Assembly (NCBI GenBank): GCA_964492705.1
Contig: CAZBLS010000002.1
Coordinates: 140 to 64,139 of the forward strand
Length of the DNA: 64,000 bases
Source of the DNA: an uncultured Oscillospiraceae bacterium
GTDB lineage: Bacteria; Bacillota; Clostridia; Christensenellales; QALW01
Reading direction: 5' to 3'
Below are positions 45,408 through 55,009 of the stretch, one piece after another; positions within the stretch are counted from its first letter, which is position 1; every line of letters starts with the position of its first letter. The position numbers and the translations under genes were made by a program. The notes below the pieces were generated by a model. The model saw nothing but the letters and a program-made list of their open reading frames with translations, was not told where the DNA came from and searched no databases.

Positions 45408-46998
45408 TCTTATTTCCGCCCTTATGTGTATTGCACTTTTCACCTGTTGCGGTGATTACAGCCAAACTCCACCTACGGTAACTCCTCCCTCATCAAAGAC
45501 CGAAACTGAGGAAAAGCCCGTGCAGGGAGGTACTTTGCGTGTGCCTATGAATACTTCCCCCGCAACACTTCATCCCCTTTATGTCCGTCAGGCGCAAACG
45601 AGCAATCTGTTTTCAATGATATTCGAACCTCTTATCGCCTTTGATTCGAATATGGAGCCTACCTCCTGCCTTGCGGAAAGTTGGAAGTATAACGAAGAGA
45701 GCAACGTTTGGGAATTTAAACTGCGCAGTAACGTGCATTGGCACGGCGATATGGGCGAAGTTACGGCAAAAGATGCCGCCTTTACTGTAAATTCCGTACT
45801 TGCCGACAGCACAAGTACGTATTACGCCTCACTTTCATACTATGTGGAAAGTGCCGAAAGTTACGGCAATACACTTGTGCTTCACCCAAAAACAAATTCC
45901 TATCTTTTGGTTTACGCAATGAATATTCCCATTATCCCCGAAAGTTACTATTCGGGCAAAAGCAGTGACACAAAGGATATTCCCGTGGGAAGCGGTTGTT
46001 TTGAGGCAGAATCGCTTGTGCTTAACGGCGAAACGAGAATGACACTGGTTTCCTTTAAAAAATGGTGGAAAAAGATACCCAATATCGAACGTGTGGAAGC
46101 CGTGGGTTATGACAGCACCGAGTCTATCGCAAAAGATTTTACTTCCGGCAATCTTGACTGTTTTCCCACAAAACTGCGCACTACCGAAATATATGAAATT
46201 CTTGACGGCGTAAACAAGAAAAACTATCTTTCCCACAACTATATGTTCTTGGCATTTAACGTTTCAAAGGGAATCTGCGCAAATGCGGACTTCCGCAAGG
46301 GCGTTGCCTACGGCATAAACCGCACCGATATTATCAATAACGTATATCTTTCAAAGGCATCGGGAGCGGAACAACCGCTGTACAACGATTCTTCCCTTAC
46401 AAGTTCCTCGGTAACAATGTATGACTACAATGTTTCAATGGCAAAGGAAACTCTTTCTTCGCTGAATCTTACCGACGGCAACAGCAACGGCATTTGGGAA
46501 TATAACGGCAGTGATATAAATCTTTCCCTTGCCGTAATAAACGACACGGAAGACCCTGTACGCCTTGAAACAGCCGAACTTATAAAAAAAGACCTTGAAC
46601 AGTTGGGTATATCGGTTACGGTAAACGCATTAAGCGAAGAAGACCTGAAAAAAACGGCTTCCACGGGAAATTACGATATGATACTAAGCGGATATTATCT
46701 TTCCGAAGTTCCCATTATGAAATTTGCCTTTTCCCCCGACGGAAGCGGAAATCTTTCCTTTTATTCTTCCGACAGGATGAACGGAGCATTGCAAAATATC
46801 GATTCTGCCAACAGTTTTACTCTGCTGAAAAAAGCAATGTCGGAATTTCAGAACACGCTTGCATCGGATCTGCCCCAACTCGGTCTGTTTTTTGAAATGA
46901 ACACTTTCCTGTACCGTGACGGTCTGCACGTGGAAAATATCCGCCGTGAAACCAACGTATACGAAAGTATAAACAATTGGTATTTTACCGAAGCCTGA
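45379..46998 (+). CDS. orphan family-5 (peptide/nickel/oligosaccharide type) ABC substrate-binding lipoprotein
   Basis: 539 aa. Lipobox LFTCC. SBP_bac_5-like core (EPLIAFDSNMEPTSCLAESW...). No permease or ATPase genes adjacent. Confidence 0.75.
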   Translation: MKFIRKFILNLISALMCIALFTCCGDYSQTPPTVTPPSSKTETEEKPVQGGTLRVPMNTSPATLHPLYVRQAQTSNLFSMIFEPLIAFDSNMEPTSCLAESWKYNEESNVWEFKLRSNVHWHGDMGEVTAKDAAFTVNSVLADSTSTYYASLSYYVESAESYGNTLVLHPKTNSYLLVYAMNIPIIPESYYSGKSSDTKDIPVGSGCFEAESLVLNGETRMTLVSFKKWWKKIPNIERVEAVGYDSTESIAKDFTSGNLDCFPTKLRTTEIYEILDGVNKKNYLSHNYMFLAFNVSKGICANADFRKGVAYGINRTDIINNVYLSKASGAEQPLYNDSSLTSSSVTMYDYNVSMAKETLSSLNLTDGNSNGIWEYNGSDINLSLAVINDTEDPVRLETAELIKKDLEQLGISVTVNALSEEDLKKTASTGNYDMILSGYYLSEVPIMKFAFSPDGSGNLSFYSSDRMNGALQNIDSANSFTLLKKAMSEFQNTLASDLPQLGLFFEMNTFLYRDGLHVENIRRETNVYESINNWYFTEA

Positions 46999-47072
46999 TT
47001 TAATACTTCCGCATCCGCAACGGAAAACAGTATTTTTTATTAAAACATATATAGCCTTTTTCGGCAGGAAAA

Positions 47073-47115
47073 AATTCCCTTACCGTATATCATTGCGGTG
47101 GGGAATTATTTTTTG
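47073..47115 (+). terminator. intrinsic terminator
   Basis: AATTCCC..ACCG...CGGT..GGGAATT stem followed by ATTTTTT. Confidence 0.65.
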
Positions 47116-47245
47116 CGATTTGCTCCGAATGTCTGAATTTTTATAAACTGCATCCCATATCAAGCCGTTTCTCTTATTTTAACTGCAAAATCAAATAAAC
47201 GCAGGATTTTTTCTTACGAAAAATATACTGCAACGTCCTTTTTTA

Positions 47246-47280
47246 ACAAAAAAAGATTTGCCCTTTTTTCAGGCAAATCT
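47246..47280 (-). terminator. intrinsic terminator after the oxidoreductase operon
   Basis: On the minus strand: AGATTTGCC-tgaaaaaag-GGCAAATCT followed by TTTTTTT. Confidence 0.8.
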
Positions 47281-47293
47281 CTGATTTTAATTT

Positions 47294-48229
47294 TTAAATT
47301 TTCTCCGCCGCTTTATCGCTTTTAAGGGCAACCTGTGTTATATATAAGCTCTCTTCCATAGATACTCCCACGTTATTACCCTTTATACGGTCAACAAACA
47401 GTTTGAAAATATCTTCCGACGGCATAAGCGGTAATTCTCTTTCGCCATGTTCGTCTATAAGGAAGACCTTGCCCTTTTCGTATTCCAAAACACCTTTTGT
47501 TCCCACTATCCTGAGCCTGTCATCGTCCCAAGTGGGTGCTTCCGTCGGACGGTAATAATCTGCGGTGACAGTTGCCAATGCGCCGTTTTCCATTACGAAA
47601 GTGCTTACGGCACAGGTTTCAAGGTCTCCGTTATTAAAATTCTCTCGGTTAGATACAAAAGAGCGGACTTCCTTAAATTTAAGACCGGTTACAAAATACA
47701 TCCAGTGCATTGCGTGTATTCCCACCCAAGGCAATATCCCTCCGAAAGTATCTTTGCTCTTGTAAAAATCGGGGCGAACTCCGAGTTTATAGGATTTTCT
47801 GCCGTTTATCATACGCACGGTGCCGATATTCCTGACCGCTTCTTTAAGTGTAAGACACCAGCCCTCGTAACTTATGCCGAACATACAGGCAACAAAAGCA
47901 TCCGTCTTAATATTTTTAATCTCTTCCGTTTCTTCAACGGAAAGTGCAAGAGGTTTTTCCGAAAAAACGAAAATATTTCTTTTCAGGCACTCTTTTGTGT
48001 AACGGGCGTTAAGGTCGAAACGGGTATTTACTATGGCAATGTCCATTTCGGGGATATCCTCAAACCTGCCGTATTTTTTAAAAGGAATGCCGTTCTTTTC
48101 AAGAGTTTTTTCAACCGAAGATATATCTTCCCCGTCAAAACCCGCACAGATACCTGCTACTGTATGGTTTTTAAGTTCATTTAACGCATACGCCCAATGT
48201 CCCGATGCGCCTATTATGCCTATTCTCAT
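47294..48229 (-). CDS. Gfo/Idh/MocA-family NAD(P)-dependent oxidoreductase
   Basis: 311 aa. N-terminal Rossmann MRIGIIGASGHW and EKPLA motif (FSEKPLALS). Confidence 0.8.
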   Translation of the reverse strand: MRIGIIGASGHWAYALNELKNHTVAGICAGFDGEDISSVEKTLEKNGIPFKKYGRFEDIPEMDIAIVNTRFDLNARYTKECLKRNIFVFSEKPLALSVEETEEIKNIKTDAFVACMFGISYEGWCLTLKEAVRNIGTVRMINGRKSYKLGVRPDFYKSKDTFGGILPWVGIHAMHWMYFVTGLKFKEVRSFVSNRENFNNGDLETCAVSTFVMENGALATVTADYYRPTEAPTWDDDRLRIVGTKGVLEYEKGKVFLIDEHGERELPLMPSEDIFKLFVDRIKGNNVGVSMEESLYITQVALKSDKAAEKI

Positions 48230-49392
48230 TTTATTCCCTCAAACGCAGTGTAATCCGTAATATCAACCGTCTTCTCGGGTCGGTAGATCTCGGGCATTAC
48301 ACCTTTTTCAAATGCGTCTTTTATCTGCCTTGCAAGGTCGGGCACGTATTTTACGCCGTCTTTTTCTTTAACCGAGTCAAAGTTCTTAACTTCAAAGAAC
48401 TGACTTAGCGCATTTACGCATTTTAAGTGAGGAAGTGCTGTTTCAACTGTGCAGACAGGCTGTTTTTTGCCCCTGAAAACATCAAGCGCATAGGGAATTT
48501 TTTTAAACCTATCATCGTAAGTTGCGCCGTAAACCTCTTTGGTTCCGTCCTCAAACACAGCATAAACGGATTCGTTTCCGCCGTCTTCGCTCATATATAC
48601 GCAAGCCTTTTCGAACACAAGTTTTATCATCGGATTAAAATTATATTCTGTGGCGTGACTCGCAACAAAGCGCAAAGGAACACCGTCCTTAACCGTAACT
48701 TCCACACAGGCAGTATCGTAAGTTTCTATATTGTTTGCCCTGTAAAGGCTCGCTCCGAGCATTTGAGGCTGTGCGGAACTATCCGTAGTTTCGCCCAAAA
48801 GGAAGAACATATTGTGCAGATAATGGGCACAGGCGTTCATAGCAATGCTGTCAAGCACCCACTTACCGTCAACCGTCGCTTTTGCCGCCCACGGACGTGC
48901 AAAGTATGCACTGTTTCTCGGCCAACAAACTGCCGAATACATATATTTTACACTGCCGAACGTATTATTTAAAATATCTTCTTTAAGTTTAAGTATCGCC
49001 GGTGCGTGGGAAAGTTGAAAACCTATGTTCAGATGTTTACCCGTGCGTTTTGCGCACTCTTCCATAGCATAGGCATCCTGCAAAGTGGGTGCAATGGGTT
49101 TTTCGCACAGTACGTCACTGCCGTTTTCCATTGCGCAAATGCACTGTTCCCTGTGCAAATGTATGGGCGTGGAAATTATTGCCACATCAGCGGTATTTTC
49201 GGCATAAAAGTCCTTAATATCCCTGAAAAGTTTTATATTTTTCTCTTTACATGTACCGAAAACCGGCGAATTTTCAAAAAACGGGTCAACTGCGCCAACA
49301 ACGCAACATCCGTAAGAAGTTGCATTTTTTACGGTATCTTCCGCTATAAGACCGCCGTAACCGCCTATTCCTACCAAAACAACCGTTGTCAT
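48226..49392 (-). CDS. Gfo/Idh/MocA-family NAD(P)-dependent oxidoreductase
   Basis: 388 aa. VVLVGIGGYGG Rossmann motif and CEKPIAPT motif. 4-nt overlaps with both neighbours. Confidence 0.8.
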   Translation of the reverse strand: MTTVVLVGIGGYGGLIAEDTVKNATSYGCCVVGAVDPFFENSPVFGTCKEKNIKLFRDIKDFYAENTADVAIISTPIHLHREQCICAMENGSDVLCEKPIAPTLQDAYAMEECAKRTGKHLNIGFQLSHAPAILKLKEDILNNTFGSVKYMYSAVCWPRNSAYFARPWAAKATVDGKWVLDSIAMNACAHYLHNMFFLLGETTDSSAQPQMLGASLYRANNIETYDTACVEVTVKDGVPLRFVASHATEYNFNPMIKLVFEKACVYMSEDGGNESVYAVFEDGTKEVYGATYDDRFKKIPYALDVFRGKKQPVCTVETALPHLKCVNALSQFFEVKNFDSVKEKDGVKYVPDLARQIKDAFEKGVMPEIYRPEKTVDITDYTAFEGIK

Positions 49393-51080
49393 AATATATA
49401 CTTCCTGTTATTTACAAAATCAAGTACAAGCGTCTGTCCGTTGTTTTTAACCTTTACAACACCCTCGCCCCATTCGGCTTCCACCCAATCGGACTTATAC
49501 ATATAGCCGTAAGGATATTCTTCGGGAGAATCTGTCTTGCCGTTACCCTCCTTATCCAAGAAAAGTCCGTCAAATTCAAGACGTATATTTTCTCTGTCGA
49601 AAATTACGGGCATATTGCGGTATTTTTCCGTAAACTCATCAAAGTCCGTATCGGTTTCCACACGGAAAACATAGGCGTTTTTCCTGCCGTCGGCTCTGAT
49701 CTCGCATTTTTCTTCATTTAAAACATAGGGATTTGCCGTGAAAACAAATACATTTACGTTGCCCTTTTTCAAATATATCCTGTTATTCTCGAAAACAGTA
49801 CGGTCGTATTTTTCCTTTTCAAAGAATATATGTGTATATTCCCTTTCGCCCTCTTTTTCGATATCGTAAACGGTAAGCGCAGTGTTATAATTTGCGTAGG
49901 CTTTCGAACAGCAACATTTAAGGTCGCCTGTCCACTCCCTGTGCTGATCGCTGTCACCGGGGTGTGAAGTATACAACCTTGTGGACTCCTCTCCCGTTTT
50001 GCCCGAAATAACAAGGGACCATTCCACCTGCTGATGATGAGCATATACGTAATCCTCACTCTCATCCACGGGATAACTGTCCTGACGGCATATTGCACCG
50101 ATGCCGTACTCGGGCGAAAGATACGTATACTTCGATATTCCGCCTGCATTTAAAAGTTTTTGTATATGTGCCCAATCGGGAGTATCTTTGCGCCAAGCAT
50201 ACATTGAATGAAGATGTTTTCTTTCTCTCACTTCGCATGGATAATGCCTGTTTTCAAATGCGGAAGCGATAAACTCATCCGGTTCGCACTTTATAAGACC
50301 CACCGTTTCAAATACGGTACGTGATTTTTCATCTTTTAATTCCATATCCACAAACATTCTCTTTATCTCTTCGGTAGTGTGTGCACCTACCGTATCAAAG
50401 AAATATGTTCTGCCTGCCGCACCTGCCAAATATCCGTGCGGATCCAAATTATTAAGTGCCTCGATAAACACAAGGTCAAGTGCCATAGAAACGGTGCGGT
50501 TCAATTCTTCATCCTTAACGTACTCTTTCAGCAAAGCGCACATAAACATATCTTCCAAAAGATATGCGGAAGTAAACTCGCCGATGCCGTACTTTGCCCT
50601 AAACAGGATAAACTCGGTTATGTATTTTTTGTCCGTTTTAAGCACTTCCTCGGCGGTCATACCGAACTGCTTAAAATCCTCGCCGTAGAACTGCGCCGCC
50701 AGATATCTTGCCACACGCATCATAAACACGTGGTTTTCACTGCCGTATTTACTTGTAAAGTCACGTTCAAGGAAAAACCTTTTTATCAGCGTTTTAGACT
50801 CGTCATCCAAATTATCGTATGCGCCGTATAAGGCAACTATAAGACGGGTTGCCGCAAAATCGACTTCACCCTTGGGGTCACGCCCGTCGGGAAGCGGTTT
50901 GTCCATATAAAGCGCAGTGGTTTTAATAAACCCCTGTACTTCATCCGAAACGTTTCCGCTCAAAAGTTTCAGTACGGCTCGGCAGGAATAAATATCCGTC
51001 TTTTCAATTTCCGTTTCAGGTTTGATCCGTATAAGTTTTTCTCGCTGTTTTAAGCAATATTCACTGTAATCTCTTTTCAT
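49389..51080 (-). CDS. hypothetical 563-aa cytoplasmic protein; helical N-terminal half plus beta-rich C-terminal half (polysaccharide lyase/hydrolase-like layout, unverified)
   Basis: Long ORF with no signal peptide, translationally coupled to the oxidoreductases. No motif I can name. Candidate promoter TTGACG-16 nt-TATAAT upstream at about 51120-51150. Confidence 0.6.
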   Translation of the reverse strand: MKRDYSEYCLKQREKLIRIKPETEIEKTDIYSCRAVLKLLSGNVSDEVQGFIKTTALYMDKPLPDGRDPKGEVDFAATRLIVALYGAYDNLDDESKTLIKRFFLERDFTSKYGSENHVFMMRVARYLAAQFYGEDFKQFGMTAEEVLKTDKKYITEFILFRAKYGIGEFTSAYLLEDMFMCALLKEYVKDEELNRTVSMALDLVFIEALNNLDPHGYLAGAAGRTYFFDTVGAHTTEEIKRMFVDMELKDEKSRTVFETVGLIKCEPDEFIASAFENRHYPCEVRERKHLHSMYAWRKDTPDWAHIQKLLNAGGISKYTYLSPEYGIGAICRQDSYPVDESEDYVYAHHQQVEWSLVISGKTGEESTRLYTSHPGDSDQHREWTGDLKCCCSKAYANYNTALTVYDIEKEGEREYTHIFFEKEKYDRTVFENNRIYLKKGNVNVFVFTANPYVLNEEKCEIRADGRKNAYVFRVETDTDFDEFTEKYRNMPVIFDRENIRLEFDGLFLDKEGNGKTDSPEEYPYGYMYKSDWVEAEWGEGVVKVKNNGQTLVLDFVNNRKYIL

Positions 51081-51197
51081 ACATAACTCCGTTTTAGCAG
51101 ATATAACTACTTAATTTTAATAATATTATACAGAATAAAAGCCGTCCGTCAATGGTAATTTCTGCTTTAAATTATGTAAATATTGCATTGTTTGAAT

Positions 51198-52547
51198 TTA
51201 TGCTCTTTTATGCTTCTTTTGATTTTTAAGATAAATAAATACCCCTATGCATATGACAGAAGATATTACCGAGCCGGAAGAAGTGGCAAGTCCCATAGGA
51301 TAAAGAGTATCGGCAAAAAGTTTGGAAGTTAAATATACCCCCGGCACACGCATTAAAACTATTGCGATAACATTATGCATAAACGATATTCCCGACTTAC
51401 CTATTGCGCAAAAATATCCGCTGAAACAGAAATGTATGCCCGCAAAAACGCAGTCCCAAACATATCCCCGCAGGTACTGTCCGCCCAAAAATGCAACCTT
51501 GACCTCATCGGTAAACAACCCCACCGCATTTTCGGCAAAAAACTGCAATATCACCGCCACGGTAAAACCGAAACCTATTGCCGTGATCAGTGCATACTTT
51601 AACGTTTTTTCCGCCCTGTCCTCTTTGCCTGCCCCTATATTCTGCGCACCGAGAACCGAAACAGCGGAAAGCAACGATGACGGCACAAGAAACAGAAAAC
51701 TTATTATTTTTTCGACTATTCCCACAGCCGCCGAATCGTCAAGACCTCGGTTATTGGCAATAACGGTAATTATCATAAAGGCAACCTGAATAAAGCCGTC
51801 CTGTAACGCCACAGGCACACCTACCGAAAGTATCTTTTTTAACGTTTTTTTATGGGGGACAAAATCTTTTTGCCCGATTTTTACGTTGCCTTTCCTGCCA
51901 AAAAGTACCGTTCCCGACAGAATTGCACTTATTCCTTGGGAAATAACCGTACCCAACGCCGCACCCGATGCGCCCATACCTAATTTTCCTATAAAAAGAA
52001 AATCAAGAGCAATATTCATTACGCAGGCTATAAGCACGAAAAAAGTGGGACTTTTTGAATCGCCCATACTCCTGAAAATTGCGCTTATTACGTTATAAGC
52101 TGTAATAAAAGGAATACCTAAAAAGCATATCCGCAAATAATCCTCGCACCCCGCTCTTGCTTCAACGGGCGTTGCGGTTATATCCACTATATCCGCCGTA
52201 AAGCAACTGAGCAAAGCCGTGAGAAAAAGTGCAAAAACCGAAAAAAGCACCACCGTATTGCCTATTCCCCGAGAAGATTTTTTAAAATCCTTTTCTCCCA
52301 TCGCTCTGCCCACAAATACGGTAGTACCCATAGCAAGACCGACAGTTATAACCGTAATCATATGCATTATTTGAGAGCCCACCGAAACGGCAGTAGTATC
52401 GGCAACGGTTCGGTAAAGCCCCACAATATATAGGTCCGCCATACCGTAAAGCGTTTGTAATAAATTAGATAATAAATACGGCAGTGAAAACAGTAGCGTG
52501 TTTTTAAATACACTGCCTTCCGTAAGATTTTTTTCCGTATATCTCAC
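51198..52547 (-). CDS. MATE-family efflux transporter (GTG start)
   Basis: 449 aa, 12 TM. The N-terminus FKNTLLFSLPYLLSNLLQTLYGMADL is typical of MATE/NorM. Confidence 0.85.
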   Translation of the reverse strand: MRYTEKNLTEGSVFKNTLLFSLPYLLSNLLQTLYGMADLYIVGLYRTVADTTAVSVGSQIMHMITVITVGLAMGTTVFVGRAMGEKDFKKSSRGIGNTVVLFSVFALFLTALLSCFTADIVDITATPVEARAGCEDYLRICFLGIPFITAYNVISAIFRSMGDSKSPTFFVLIACVMNIALDFLFIGKLGMGASGAALGTVISQGISAILSGTVLFGRKGNVKIGQKDFVPHKKTLKKILSVGVPVALQDGFIQVAFMIITVIANNRGLDDSAAVGIVEKIISFLFLVPSSLLSAVSVLGAQNIGAGKEDRAEKTLKYALITAIGFGFTVAVILQFFAENAVGLFTDEVKVAFLGGQYLRGYVWDCVFAGIHFCFSGYFCAIGKSGISFMHNVIAIVLMRVPGVYLTSKLFADTLYPMGLATSSGSVISSVICIGVFIYLKNQKKHKRA

Positions 52548-52552
52548 CCCTT

Positions 52553-52586
52553 AAAAAATAAGAGAGAAACTCTTACGTTTCTCTCT
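52553..52586 (-). terminator. strong intrinsic terminator at the end of the ABC operon
   Basis: On the minus strand: AGAGAGAAAC-gtaaga-GTTTCTCTCT followed by TATTTTTT. Confidence 0.85.
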
Positions 52587-52590
52587 TGCG

Positions 52591-52830
52591 TTATCTCCAT
52601 ATAAGCGTCATAATATATATCGCAATGCCGAGTACGCCCATAAAAACAAGACCTATCAGCAATGCCGCTTTCAACGTACCCGTAATTATCGCAAACTTAT
52701 CGCCTGCCGAAAACTCGGGCAAATGCTCATCTTTTTCCGATTTTTCCTGCTTTGATGTACGTTTTCCGCCATCATCAAAGCAACTCATATCGGCGACGGT
52801 TCTGCCGTCATCCCAATCTTCGTTTTTCAT
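52591..52830 (-). CDS. small tail-anchored membrane protein (79-83 aa), last gene of the ABC operon
   Basis: ATG at 52830 lies 1 nt after the TAA of the upstream ATPase gene (TAA-T-ATG); an alternative ATG is at 52842. Acidic N-terminal half, with a single C-terminal TM (ALLIGLVFMGVLGIAIYIMTLIW). Confidence 0.5.
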   Translation of the reverse strand: MKNEDWDDGRTVADMSCFDDGGKRTSKQEKSEKDEHLPEFSAGDKFAIITGTLKAALLIGLVFMGVLGIAIYIMTLIWR

Positions 52831-52831
52831 A

Positions 52832-53851
52832 TTACTTATCATACATATGGCATACTACGAAATGTCCCGGTTCAACCTCACGCTGAACGGGTACTTCGTG
52901 TTTGCAACGCTCGGTGCAATGGGCACACCTTGTGTGGAATTTACATCCTGCGGGAGGATTGGCAGGTGAGGGAATGGTTCCCTCCAACACTATTCTGTTC
53001 ATCTTTACCGTAGGATCGGGTATGGGAATAGCAGAGAACAGTGCCTTTGTGTATGGATGCAAGGGATTTTTAAATATATCCTGTGTTAAGCCGTACTCAA
53101 CCAAATTACCCAAATACATAACACCGACGGTATCGGAAATATGTTCTACAACCGAAAGGTCGTGAGAAATAAACAGATACGTAAGGTTGAATTTATCCTG
53201 CAAATCTTTAAGCAAGTTAATTATCTGTGCCTGTATGGAAACATCCAATGCGGAAACAGGCTCATCGCACACGATAAACTCCGGATTAAGAGCCAACGCA
53301 CGGGCAATGCATATTCTCTGACGCTGTCCGCCCGAGAACTCGTGAGGATATCTGTCCTTATGGAAAGGTTGAAGACCGCAGTTGTCCATAACTTGGTCGA
53401 TATAATTGTTAAACTCTTTTTTGGAAACGAGCTTATGTTCCCTTACCGCTTCACCGATAATCTCACCTACGGGAAGACGGGGTGAAAGGGACGAAAAGGG
53501 GTCTTGGAAGATTATCTGCATCTTGGTACGTGCATGGCGGAGTTCGGCAGGCTTCATATCGTAAACTTCCTTGCCGTTAAACAGCACCTGGCCGGCGGTC
53601 TTATCGCCTGCAAGCCTGAGTATGGCTCTTCCTGTAGTAGTTTTACCGCAACCGGATTCGCCTACAAGACCCATTGTGGTACCGCGCTTTAAGTTGAAAG
53701 TAACACCGTCAACCGCCTTTACGTGGCCTACCGTACGGGAAATAAGTCCGTCCTTTATGGGGAAATACTTTTTAAGTCCGTTGACCATAAGTATGTATTG
53801 AGGATCATATGTTACAGGCGTAAAATCATTGCTGATATTTTGCTTTTTCAT
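52832..53851 (-). CDS. ABC transporter ATP-binding protein, OppF/DppF type
   Basis: 339 aa. Walker [10 protein letters not shown], signature FSGGQRQR, Walker B FIVCDEP, C-terminal Cys-rich oligopeptide-type extension. Confidence 0.9.
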   Translation of the reverse strand: MKKQNISNDFTPVTYDPQYILMVNGLKKYFPIKDGLISRTVGHVKAVDGVTFNLKRGTTMGLVGESGCGKTTTGRAILRLAGDKTAGQVLFNGKEVYDMKPAELRHARTKMQIIFQDPFSSLSPRLPVGEIIGEAVREHKLVSKKEFNNYIDQVMDNCGLQPFHKDRYPHEFSGGQRQRICIARALALNPEFIVCDEPVSALDVSIQAQIINLLKDLQDKFNLTYLFISHDLSVVEHISDTVGVMYLGNLVEYGLTQDIFKNPLHPYTKALFSAIPIPDPTVKMNRIVLEGTIPSPANPPAGCKFHTRCAHCTERCKHEVPVQREVEPGHFVVCHMYDK

Positions 53852-54993
53852 TATTGTTCCTCCTTTTTATTACAGTAACGGTAGCAAGTTACGGTGTGTG
53901 TGGGTGAAAGGTGTATTTCCTTGGGATAGTCGCCATCACATTCCGCAACGCACATTTCGCAACGGTCCTTAAAATAGCAATAGTTGGGCATATTGATGGG
54001 ATTGGGCACCTTACCGGGAATGGAATAAAGTGAATCCACTTTTTTACCTACAACGGGTTTTGATGCCATAAGACCTATCGTATAGGGATGTGCGGGAGAT
54101 GCAAATATCTCTTTTGCCGTACCTCTTTCAACAACTCTTCCTGCATACATAACCACAACGTAATCCGCCATTTCCGCAATAACGCCCAAATCGTGGGTGA
54201 TAAGCATAATAGAGGAATTAATTCTGTCTTTAAGTTGCCTTAAAAGGTCAAGTATCTGTGCCTGAATGGTAACATCCAAAGCAGTTGTAGGCTCATCGGC
54301 AATAATAAGTTTGGGGTTGCAGGCAAGTGCCATAGCAATCATAACCCTTTGGCGCATACCGCCCGAAAGTTCGTGGGGGAACATTTTGTAAACGCCCTCA
54401 CTGTTGGCAATACCAACCATTTCAAGCAATTCGATCGTACGTTTTTTTATGTCTTCCTTGCTTTTGCCTGCTCCGTCGTGAAGTTCGATAACTTCTTCGA
54501 TCTGCGCACCTATTCTGAAAACGGGATTGAGGCTTGTCATCGGCTCTTGGAATATCATCGACATATAATTGCCTCTGAGTTTTTGCATTTCAATCGAGGG
54601 CATTTTGGTGATATCCACCGATTTATCGCCTATATTAAGCCTTATTTCACCGCTTACTACCTGTCCTTGGGGGCGTTGCAAAAGTTGCATTATGGAAAGA
54701 CTCGTTACGCTCTTTCCGCAACCGGATTCGCCTACGACACCCACCGTCATTCCCTTGGGAACATTAAACGAAACACCGTCAACTGCCTTGGAAACGCCCA
54801 GATCGGTAAAGAAATAAGTATGAAGATCGTCAACTTCGAGAACGTTTTCGGGGTTCTTCATTTGAGTAATATATTCGCTCTCGGGAACGTTTTTGCGCTT
54901 ATGTTTTTTCTCGTAAGCGTTAGTGATTTTTCTGTTTTCTTTCGATATTTTTCTCGACTCTTTTGCCGAAAGATATCCGTCAGTTTTAGCCAT
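53851..54993 (-). CDS. ABC transporter ATP-binding protein, OppD/DppD type, with a ~45-aa basic N-terminal extension
   Basis: 380 aa. Walker [10 protein letters not shown], signature LSGGMRQR, Walker B IIADEP. ATG 54993 has AAAGGGGAAAG upstream; an alternative internal start MKNPENV is at 54861. Confidence 0.9.
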   Translation of the reverse strand: MAKTDGYLSAKESRKISKENRKITNAYEKKHKRKNVPESEYITQMKNPENVLEVDDLHTYFFTDLGVSKAVDGVSFNVPKGMTVGVVGESGCGKSVTSLSIMQLLQRPQGQVVSGEIRLNIGDKSVDITKMPSIEMQKLRGNYMSMIFQEPMTSLNPVFRIGAQIEEVIELHDGAGKSKEDIKKRTIELLEMVGIANSEGVYKMFPHELSGGMRQRVMIAMALACNPKLIIADEPTTALDVTIQAQILDLLRQLKDRINSSIMLITHDLGVIAEMADYVVVMYAGRVVERGTAKEIFASPAHPYTIGLMASKPVVGKKVDSLYSIPGKVPNPINMPNYCYFKDRCEMCVAECDGDYPKEIHLSPTHTVTCYRYCNKKEEQ

Positions 54994-55009
54994 TTTTCTT
55001 TCCCCTTTC

